In this document: in pieces, positions 56,941 through 64,000 of the stretch
Layout of the letters: each line of letters opens with the position of its first letter
Position numbering within the stretch: position 1 is the first letter of the stretch
NCBI GenBank assembly: GCA_964291405.2
Contig: OZ219926.1
Span: 928,001 to 992,000 of the forward strand
Source of the DNA: Thermodesulfobacteriota bacterium
GTDB lineage: Bacteria > Desulfobacterota > Binatia > Bin18
DNA length: 64,000 nt
Direction of reading: 5' to 3'
Translations under genes and position numbers: made by a program
Notes under the pieces: generated by a model
What the model was told of the DNA's origin: nothing
Databases searched by the model: none
Seen by the model: only the letters and a program-made list of their open reading frames with translations

Positions 56941-57142
56941 AAAGTCCTACATTCCTCTCTATACTGCTTTACCGGCCTCTCAACTCGGTCGTGGTTCAGT
57001 TTGCTTCTTCCCCCTCACCCCCGCCCTCTCCCTCCAGGGGAGAGGGAGCAGATTTTCCCGCCCCTGTGAGGGAGGGGGAGCACTCCGTCGGCTGGGGGCA
57101 AGCGCGATGTGAAACTGAACCACGAGCCTCAACTCTGGCCTC

Positions 57143-57931
57143 TCACTCTGGCTCTGCCGCCTGCGCCTCTGCTTCTACCGGCTCTACCGGCTCTACCGGC
57201 TCTTCGGCTTCTCTCGCTTGTTCTCGTTTGGCCCGGCGCTCACGCGCGGCCTGTCGCCGGATCGTGCGCAGGCGGCGCTGCAACTGACGGATATTCTCCC
57301 GAATCTGGGCCGGATCATCGCCGCCCGTCTCAACCGCGGCCTGGGTCTGGGCCTCTGCGGCCTGGCCCTGATCCTGTTTCGTTTGTTTTTTGACGGGTGC
57401 CTTCTTGGGGATCAACTGGGGCAGGCTCTTGGCCTTTTTACTGCTGAGCAGAGCCAGGGGCAAGGCGACCTCTCCCCCGCCATTCCCCAGGGAGAGGGTG
57501 GCCTCGGCGGCGGTCAGCCGGGTGAGGCGATACAGGTCGCCGATCTGCTCGCCCTTCTGTACCCGCGTCACGCGATTACCCTGTGAGGAGTCGGACAGAA
57601 ATGCCTCCTCCCGCCCTGGGGTCAGCAGGACGCCGACCAGGGTGAGATGCGAGGGCGGCGGGGGCGGTTCGGCGGAAACGACGGGCTGGACCACGACCGG
57701 CCGCTTGCGGTCCGGCGAAAAGAGGTCCTTGTCGGTGATCTGTTGGGCCAGGCGCTGGCCGGCCCGGATGCGGCGCGCCGGCAGGGCCGTGGCGGGGCGG
57801 TCCTTTTTTGGGGTGCGCGCCGACTCCGATGGGACGCCCGGCATGGCCCGGCTCCAGGTACTGGCCACCTGCCAGACAATACCGAGGGCGATGACCGCCA
57901 GGATGATATGAAAAAATCGCCGAATACGCAT
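57143..57931 (-). CDS. T2SS GspC/PilP-like membrane protein
   Basis: N-terminal TM; DLFSPDR, LTLVGVL, RVQKGEQIG; lies before gspD. Confidence 0.65.
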   Translation of the reverse strand: MRIRRFFHIILAVIALGIVWQVASTWSRAMPGVPSESARTPKKDRPATALPARRIRAGQRLAQQITDKDLFSPDRKRPVVVQPVVSAEPPPPPSHLTLVGVLLTPGREEAFLSDSSQGNRVTRVQKGEQIGDLYRLTRLTAAEATLSLGNGGGEVALPLALLSSKKAKSLPQLIPKKAPVKKQTKQDQGQAAEAQTQAAVETGGDDPAQIRENIRQLQRRLRTIRRQAARERRAKREQAREAEEPVEPVEPVEAEAQAAEPE

Positions 57932-57940
57932 ACCCTGGGC

Positions 57941-58618
57941 TTACTCTCCCTTGGCTTCCTGTGCTTGCTTGGCTCCCAGCGCTTTCCTGGCGACCTGAAG
58001 GGCCGCTCCCCCCTGGGCGCTTTCCCGCATGATGCCTTCCACCTCAAGCGTAATCGTGAGGGGTGGGCGGGCGGCCTGACGGCGACGGCGACGGCGGCGC
58101 TTGGAGGTGCCGATATTCAAACGGGAGACCGACAGCAACCAGTCCGCATATTCCACCCGGGCCAGGAAATCCGCAACCGCCGGCGTGTCGCCCCGAAACG
58201 TCATCTGTACCCGCGTCTTGCGCAGGGACCCGAGCGATTTGTCTCGCATGACCTGGGTCGTGACCAGGGTCAGCCCGCTGCGGTCGGCAAAGGTCTGGAC
58301 CCGTTCCTGAAGCCGGGCCGCGGCCAGGGTCGGGGTTTCACCGGGGACGAGCTGGTCATAGGCCGCGGCAAACTGTTTCTCCAGGAGGCGCATCCGTTGT
58401 TGGACTGCGGCGGCGCGCTCCCGTTGCCGCTGCATTTTTGCCAGACGCTGCACGTCGCGCTCGATCCGCTCTTCGAGCTGGGCGGTATAGGCCAGATAGG
58501 GGGCAACCACGCCATAGCGGAGGACGACCAGCAGCAGGGCGCCACAGGCCAGACCGGCCAGGACCCGCTCTCGGGCGGAGAGCCGCCGCCAGGCCTCCAG
58601 GAGTGCGGCTAGTCGCAT
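57941..58618 (-). CDS. gspM: T2SS protein M (PilO-like)
   Basis: W.RLS.RER, TM helix, coiled coil, ferredoxin-like C-domain; synteny. Confidence 0.75.
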   Translation of the reverse strand: MRLAALLEAWRRLSARERVLAGLACGALLLVVLRYGVVAPYLAYTAQLEERIERDVQRLAKMQRQRERAAAVQQRMRLLEKQFAAAYDQLVPGETPTLAAARLQERVQTFADRSGLTLVTTQVMRDKSLGSLRKTRVQMTFRGDTPAVADFLARVEYADWLLSVSRLNIGTSKRRRRRRRQAARPPLTITLEVEGIMRESAQGGAALQVARKALGAKQAQEAKGE

Positions 58619-60024
58619 GGGTTCACCTGTGCGCCCAGGGTAAAGGTTTCGCCCCGGCTTGAGGTCTTGAAGGGCGCTTTGGGCGCCACGTCCTGCAGGC
58701 AGGGCGAGGCTTCCAGGGCGCCGACCAGATCGGAGGCCGAGCCGGTCTTGGCCACGCCCGTGAGTTCGACCTTGCCGTTCCTGAACTGGAAGGTGGTGAG
58801 GTAGACCTGCTGGGGGATGCGCTCGGACATATCTTTGAGGAGCGGGGTCAGCCGGATGCGGGTCTCGGAGCGCAGGGTCTGGAGTTGGGCCTGGAGGCGT
58901 TGCGCGACGGCTTCATCATCCTGGACCTGACGCACCGCCGGGGCCAGGGTGTGAATCTGGTCCCGGACCCGGTTGAGGGCGCGGCGGTCCTGGACCATAA
59001 CGGACGCGGCCCAGACCAGGCTCAGCACCAGAATACAGCCGACAAAGACCAGGGTGAGCGGGGAGAGCAGCTTTTCGCGGTGCGCCCGGCTTTCCGCCGG
59101 CAGGACATTGACTTCTTCCCCCTCGCCTACGGCCTGGAGGGAAGCGCCGATGGCGGAGCAGGTCACGACGGACATGGCCCCGTCCGCGGCGACGACCGGA
59201 AAGTGTTCCTGGGCGGCGTGGGCCAGGTCCCGTTCCGGCTCCACGCTCACGGGCAGCGTGCCGTGCCCGTCCCAGGTAAAGACGGGAATCGTGTCCGGCG
59301 CGCTGCCGGGGAAGTTGCGGGCAATGCTGTGGGCGAGCGTATCGGCCCACATCCCGGCCTCGGCAACGCGCGCAATCGGCACGGTATGACTGGCCACGAG
59401 CTGCCGCTCGTGCAGAAAGTTCAGCTCCAGGTTCCCGTCCTCCCGAGCGGCAAGGACCTGCTGCCGGTCCTCGACCGGACAACAGGCGGACAGGGTGGTG
59501 GCGTGTGCGGCGCTGCTCAGGGTGACGCTCTGCGGGCGCAGATTGTGCTCGACCAGGAGGTTGACCAGGGGATCGACGGTCTGGCGGGGAAAACAGAAAA
59601 TGACGACGCCGAGCCGCCGCTCCTCCCCGCCCTCTTCGGTCGTTACGTAATCGTAATAGATCTCTTCCTCACGGAAGGGCAGCAGGCGTTCGACTTCATA
59701 GCGGACCACCTGTTCCAGCGAGCCACGCGCGGCTTCCGGCACGACCAGCCGGCTCACGCTCGCCTCTTTTCGGGGCAGGCACAGGACGGTCTGGTCGGGC
59801 AGGGTTTCGATGTCGGCCAGAAAGTCGTCCAGGGCCCAACGGATGGCGGGCAGATGGTCCGCGGCGGTTTCCGGCAGGGGAACGGTCCGCGTCGTTTTCA
59901 ACCCGACCTGAAAAAAGCGCTTGGTGCTGTGCACAAAGCTGACCGCGTGCGACCCAACGGCGATGCCGAGGCCGTCACAATAGTCAACCGCGGCGAGGCG
60001 CTGTACGCTCGGCGGGAGATTCAC
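58609..60024 (-). CDS. gspL: T2SS protein L (PilM/PilN-like fusion)
   Basis: Actin-like cytoplasmic domain (YEVERLLPF..YYDY), NVLP, TM helix, PilN-like periplasmic part. Confidence 0.78.
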   Translation of the reverse strand: MNLPPSVQRLAAVDYCDGLGIAVGSHAVSFVHSTKRFFQVGLKTTRTVPLPETAADHLPAIRWALDDFLADIETLPDQTVLCLPRKEASVSRLVVPEAARGSLEQVVRYEVERLLPFREEEIYYDYVTTEEGGEERRLGVVIFCFPRQTVDPLVNLLVEHNLRPQSVTLSSAAHATTLSACCPVEDRQQVLAAREDGNLELNFLHERQLVASHTVPIARVAEAGMWADTLAHSIARNFPGSAPDTIPVFTWDGHGTLPVSVEPERDLAHAAQEHFPVVAADGAMSVVTCSAIGASLQAVGEGEEVNVLPAESRAHREKLLSPLTLVFVGCILVLSLVWAASVMVQDRRALNRVRDQIHTLAPAVRQVQDDEAVAQRLQAQLQTLRSETRIRLTPLLKDMSERIPQQVYLTTFQFRNGKVELTGVAKTGSASDLVGALEASPCLQDVAPKAPFKTSSRGETFTLGAQVNPCD

Positions 60025-60170
60025 CCAAGCCTCCTGGAGCGGCCATCCTGGCCGCCGGCGGGCTGGAAGCCCGCTCTCCCAGGGGAGGAGCGGAACATAT
60101 CCCCTCCCTGGAGGGGTGGCCGACGGCCGGGGGGGGTCTTTTTCGCATCACCGTCTTCCTGTCACAGCGC

Positions 60171-60614
60171 TTATTCGGAACTGAGAATATCGGCATCAAT
60201 ATCGGCACCACCGGTCGCGCCGTCCGCGCCGTAGGACAGCACCTCGAACCCTTTCCCGGCATGGCGATAGACATAGTCACGGTCCCAGGGGTCCTTGGGC
60301 ACCTGCTTTCTGAGATAGGGGCCGTCCCAGCGCTCCACGCCGGACGGCGCCTGGCGGAGCACGGACAAGCCTTCCTCTTCGGTCGGATAGCGACCGACGT
60401 CCAGTTTGAACATCTCCAGCGCGCTGGCGAAATTCTCGATCTGCACCCGGGCGGCCTGGGGCTTGGCTTTCTCGGCCCGGCCCATGACGTTCGGCCCGAC
60501 CAGGGCCACCAGCAGACCGATGATGACCATCACGACCAGGAGTTCGATGAGCGTAAAACCGGCCTGACCGGACATTTGGGTCGGTTGGGTGGATTGAGGG
60601 GGATTATGTCGCAT
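60171..60614 (-). CDS. gspG: T2SS major pseudopilin
   Basis: GFTLIELLVV, FKLDVGRYPTEEEGL, WDGPYL, KDPW, SYGADG. Confidence 0.96.
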   Translation of the reverse strand: MRHNPPQSTQPTQMSGQAGFTLIELLVVMVIIGLLVALVGPNVMGRAEKAKPQAARVQIENFASALEMFKLDVGRYPTEEEGLSVLRQAPSGVERWDGPYLRKQVPKDPWDRDYVYRHAGKGFEVLSYGADGATGGADIDADILSSE

Positions 60615-60676
60615 ACGCCTTTTCCTTTCTGAGCGTTCTTTCTGCCTGTCTCTTTCTATCTGTCTCTTTCTATCTA

Positions 60677-61912
60677 TCAGAGGGGCATGTCGTTGATGCT
60701 GAAGATCCCGACCAGCATGGAAATGACCACAAAGCCGATGATCAGTCCCATCGTCAGCAACAGGATGGGTTCGACCAGCGAGGTCATCCGCTTGATCTGC
60801 CGCTGCGTCTCGCGTTCAAAGTAATCGGCCACCTGCTTCAGCATATCGTCCAGCCGGCCGGTTTCCTCGCCCACCCCGATCATTTGGAGTGCCAGCGACG
60901 GAAAGGCGCCGGTGCGGCCGAGCGGGGCGGCCAGCCCCTGCCCTTCCCGGACACCGGCGCGGACTTCCTTGACGGCCTGACGGATAACGCTGTTCTCGAC
61001 AACGGCCTCCACCACCTCCAGCCCCTGGAGCAACGGCACCCCGCTGCTCAGCAAGGTGCTTAAGGTCCGGGAAAAACGGCCCACCTCGCGTTTTTGGAGC
61101 AAGGAGCCGAGCAGGGGGAGGCGGAGGCGGAAGCCGTCCCAGGCCAGGCGACCCTGGGGAGTAGCCACATAGCGCTGCCCGCCGAATACGCCGCCGGCCC
61201 CGGCCAAGAGGAAGCCCCACCAATAGGACCGCAACACCTCACTGGTCGCCAGCATGAACCGGGTCGACGCCGGGAGGCCCTGGCCGCTGTCGGCAAACAA
61301 ACCGGCAAAGCGCGGCAGGATGAAGATGAACATGAAGATAATCGCCCCGGCGCCAAACAGGACGAGCAGGACCGGATAGGTCAGCGCCGACTTCACCTCC
61401 TCCTGAACCTCCTGGGCGCGCTCGAGATATTCCGCCAGGCGTTGCAGCGCCGTCTCCAGAAAGCCGCCGACTTCTCCGGCCCGAACCATGTTCAGATAGA
61501 GGGGAGGGAAGATGGTGGGGTACTGGGCCAGGGCATCGGCCAGCGATTGACCCTGCTGCACGGTCTTCAGCACGTCGTCCGCCACACGGCTCAGGGCCGG
61601 TTTTGACGCCAGCCCGACCAGGGCGGACAGCGCCCGGTCCAGGGGCAGTCCGGCCGACAGCATGGTGGCCAGCTCACGGGTCAGGAGCAGCACGTCGCGC
61701 TGCGTGACGCGGCCACGCCAGGGTATATCCGGCAGGGAGAGCTGCCAGTTGCGCGCGGTCTTTGCTTCCCGGCCGTGCGGGAGCGCGACGTTGAGGGGAA
61801 TATAACCCTGGGTGTGGAGCCAGGCCACGACCGCACGCTCCTCTTCGGCTTCTCTGACGCCTTCAATCAGCTGTCCTTGGGGTGTGGTTGCCTGGTATTG
61901 GAACTGCGGCAT
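60677..61912 (-). CDS. gspF: T2SS inner-membrane platform protein
   Basis: RELATML.AGLPL, AGEVGG.L, ALTYP, GEETGRLD, LVEP. Confidence 0.95.
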   Translation of the reverse strand: MPQFQYQATTPQGQLIEGVREAEEERAVVAWLHTQGYIPLNVALPHGREAKTARNWQLSLPDIPWRGRVTQRDVLLLTRELATMLSAGLPLDRALSALVGLASKPALSRVADDVLKTVQQGQSLADALAQYPTIFPPLYLNMVRAGEVGGFLETALQRLAEYLERAQEVQEEVKSALTYPVLLVLFGAGAIIFMFIFILPRFAGLFADSGQGLPASTRFMLATSEVLRSYWWGFLLAGAGGVFGGQRYVATPQGRLAWDGFRLRLPLLGSLLQKREVGRFSRTLSTLLSSGVPLLQGLEVVEAVVENSVIRQAVKEVRAGVREGQGLAAPLGRTGAFPSLALQMIGVGEETGRLDDMLKQVADYFERETQRQIKRMTSLVEPILLLTMGLIIGFVVISMLVGIFSINDMPL

Positions 61913-61957
61913 TTTTTTGAGTCCGTTGAGTCGATTGAGTCTATGGAGTCTGTTGGG

Positions 61958-63196
61958 TCATGAACGATAGCGGGGCAGGATATGCGTGCCGAAGAGTTCG
62001 AGTTGTTTTCTCAACTCGGCCCGGGGCAGGAGCCCCTGGTCAAACAGCCAGGCAAACCATTCCGGGTTGGCCGCGTCGGCCAGGGCGTCTATGCCGCGGA
62101 CTACGTTGTCCACCGGCCCGGCATACAGATAATTCGCCCGTATCATACGCTCAACCGTCCATTCCTCTAGGGGCAGACGTTGCTCCCCGCTCGGATATTC
62201 GAGTTCATCCTCGGGAAAACGAAACGCCTCCCAAAAACCGAAATGCCCCCAGAAGCGTTTATATCCTACCCCGACCAGGCCCTCTTCCGCCAGACGGACG
62301 GCCTGCGGAACGGTGTCGGCAAAATATATCTGGCGCAGGACGCCGATGTTCGACCCCAACGGCAGCCAGCGTCCGGCCCGGCCGGCCTCTTCGGCATAGA
62401 TCTGGGCGAGCTGGCGGACCTGTTCGTGGCGCGACAGGAGAATCATGGGAATGACCCCCTCTCGGGCACACCAGCGGATGGTGGACTCGCTGATCGAAAA
62501 CGCCTGAAACAGCGGGGGATGGGGTTTCTGGTAGGACTTGGGTACGACGGAGATACGGTGGACGTTGCCCTGGCTGTCCAGCTCTCCCGGCGTGCCGTAT
62601 TCCCTGGTCCACGGCGCGGGCGGCCAGGGCGTGCCGCTCTCATACGGGTAGGGGTATTCGTAAAATTCGCCCTGAAAGCGGAACGGCTCATCCGACCAGG
62701 CCAGCTTGAGAATATGGTAGACCTCTTCAAAGGCGCGCCGATTGGTCTCGTCCAGGCTGGACTGGTCGCTGGTTGTGGCGGAAATATGCACCTTCTGCGC
62801 CATCTGGTTCAGCCAGCGCTGCTGGTAGCCGCGGGCAAAGCCGACAAAAGAGCGGCCCTGGGTGAGTTGGTCCAGCCAGGCCGTTGTGACCGCCAGACGC
62901 AGCGGGTCCCAACCGGGCAGCACATAGCCGATGGGGCCGACCTGTATCCGTTTGGTCTGCATGGCCACGTACAGCAGAAACTCGGGCGGAGCGCCCATCT
63001 CGAAGCCTTCGCTGTGCAGGTGGTGTTCCGGGAAGGCGACCGCGTCAAAGCCCAGCTCTTCGGCAAACCGGGCGAGTTCGACGACCTCCTGAAACATGGC
63101 CTGCCAGCGGTCCGAATGCGCGGCAATCGGCCGCAGGGCCTTGCGCTCTTCCAGCGTGGCCGGGATTGAGGGCAGTAAAAACAGCATGAACTTCAT
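61958..63196 (-). CDS. LLM-class (luciferase-like) flavin-dependent oxidoreductase
   Basis: AEELGFD..FPEHH, PLRLA...LDQLTQGR..GFARG, PK..QKPHPP. Confidence 0.9.
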   Translation of the reverse strand: MKFMLFLLPSIPATLEERKALRPIAAHSDRWQAMFQEVVELARFAEELGFDAVAFPEHHLHSEGFEMGAPPEFLLYVAMQTKRIQVGPIGYVLPGWDPLRLAVTTAWLDQLTQGRSFVGFARGYQQRWLNQMAQKVHISATTSDQSSLDETNRRAFEEVYHILKLAWSDEPFRFQGEFYEYPYPYESGTPWPPAPWTREYGTPGELDSQGNVHRISVVPKSYQKPHPPLFQAFSISESTIRWCAREGVIPMILLSRHEQVRQLAQIYAEEAGRAGRWLPLGSNIGVLRQIYFADTVPQAVRLAEEGLVGVGYKRFWGHFGFWEAFRFPEDELEYPSGEQRLPLEEWTVERMIRANYLYAGPVDNVVRGIDALADAANPEWFAWLFDQGLLPRAELRKQLELFGTHILPRYRS

Positions 63197-63496
63197 GGCG
63201 TATCCATTCGGACCGAAGACGCCATGATTATATACGACTTCCGCCGGACGCGCAGCAGCCGGGCGTTTTTGAGTCCCCGACGGGGGGACGGGGACCGCAG
63301 GCCGGGGGTCGTTCTTTGTAGGGGCAATTCATGAATTGCCCACGGGGGCGCGCCGGGAGTGCGGGCTTCCAGCCCGCTGGCGGCCAGGATGGCCGCCCTC
63401 CCAGGAGGAGGAGCGGGGTGGGTTCCTTTCTCAGAACCGGACGCAGAAAAGCCCGACACCGAGGTTGGGCTTCAGAGTGAAAACAGGAGGGAGGAA

Positions 63497-63964
63497 CTAC
63501 GTGGCGGCTTGATCCATCATCCAACTAGTCGGCGGTTGTGAGGCCGATTGTCTCAAGCGTTCGAGAAGAGTCTGAAATCCGGTACCATCATCAATATGAT
63601 CCAGATAGAGCAGCCGGATGAACATATCGTTCTTTTCAGATGGTGAACATTCTCCCTTTTCCCATTGTGTTACCGCCTCAGGCGTGCATGCCAAAATCTC
63701 TGCCAGTTTGTCTTGGGTCCAGTCCAGATGCAAACGGAACCAACGGAGTTCCTTGGGTTGGAGCGGCCCGTCTTGCTTTGCCAGACAGCGCCCAATAGCA
63801 CGATGTAAATCCTCCAAGTCTTGTACCGACACTCCTTCCCCGTCTTCCAACTGATACAACTCGTACCCATTCAGCAAGTAGACATTATCCAGGCCACACG
63901 CAGTATAGCGATACGGTCCCTTGATTTCGTCTTTGTTGTGTCGGAAAGCGAGTTTGGTCTTCAT
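63497..63964 (-). CDS. HTH antitoxin/regulator (MqsA/YgiT-like)
   Basis: YRYTACGLDNVYLLNG then ELRWFR..L..TQ..LA..L.......QWEKG; RBS ggagg. Confidence 0.75.
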   Translation of the reverse strand: MKTKLAFRHNKDEIKGPYRYTACGLDNVYLLNGYELYQLEDGEGVSVQDLEDLHRAIGRCLAKQDGPLQPKELRWFRLHLDWTQDKLAEILACTPEAVTQWEKGECSPSEKNDMFIRLLYLDHIDDGTGFQTLLERLRQSASQPPTSWMMDQAAT

Positions 63965-64000
63965 GGTAAGTCCTCCCATTCCACAGTTACTACACGTAAC
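63961..64000 (-). CDS. 3' end of a probable cognate toxin gene (window edge)
   Basis: ..LRVVTVEWEDLP* overlaps the ATG of the HTH gene (ATGA). Confidence 0.4.
   Translation of the reverse strand, partial: LRVVTVEWEDLP

Noticed and set aside
57174-57210. 9-bp coding repeat (EPV) in the gspC-like gene, and the short repeat at about 60646-60675
   Set aside because: Low-complexity linker or intergenic repeats with no evidence of a switch function
1-64000. tRNA or rRNA genes
   Set aside because: No cloverleaf or rRNA-like sequence recognised by eye; not confirmed with tRNAscan or Infernal

Overview
A GC-rich bacterial window whose genes lie mostly on the minus strand. It reads as one large cell-surface locus. 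At 54.7-61.9 kb is a partial type II secretion cluster (gspF, G, L, M, a C-like gene and a frameshifted gspD). At 44.9-50.1 kb are a small exported protein, a putative S-layer-like protein and a secreted repeat protein. At 8.7-38 kb is a Wzm/Wzt-type glycan cluster with multi-domain glycosyltransferases, a priming sugar transferase, an O-antigen ligase/oligosaccharyltransferase and many decorating enzymes. The left end holds housekeeping-type genes (CPA2 antiporter, alpha/beta hydrolase, aminopeptidase, heterodimeric ABC exporter). The locus also carries about nine toxin-antitoxin modules, several with a broken toxin, and a dense nested set of small palindromic elements: REP/REPINs with their RAYT gene, CTAG-bounded MITEs with interchangeable cargo (one inactivates the RAYT), and a 24-bp unit that nests in other repeats and in-frame in a gene. 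The 39-54 kb stretch is a mosaic of reused parts: one promoter in 3 copies, a small membrane-peptide family in 5 copies or fragments, one terminator in 5 copies, and DUF1640 coiled-coil paralogs of different length. Three genes have orphan duplicates of their 3' tails, which suggests repeated allele replacement without an integrase. I found no rRNA, tRNA or CRISPR array. All family assignments come from recognising motifs by eye, not from database searches.
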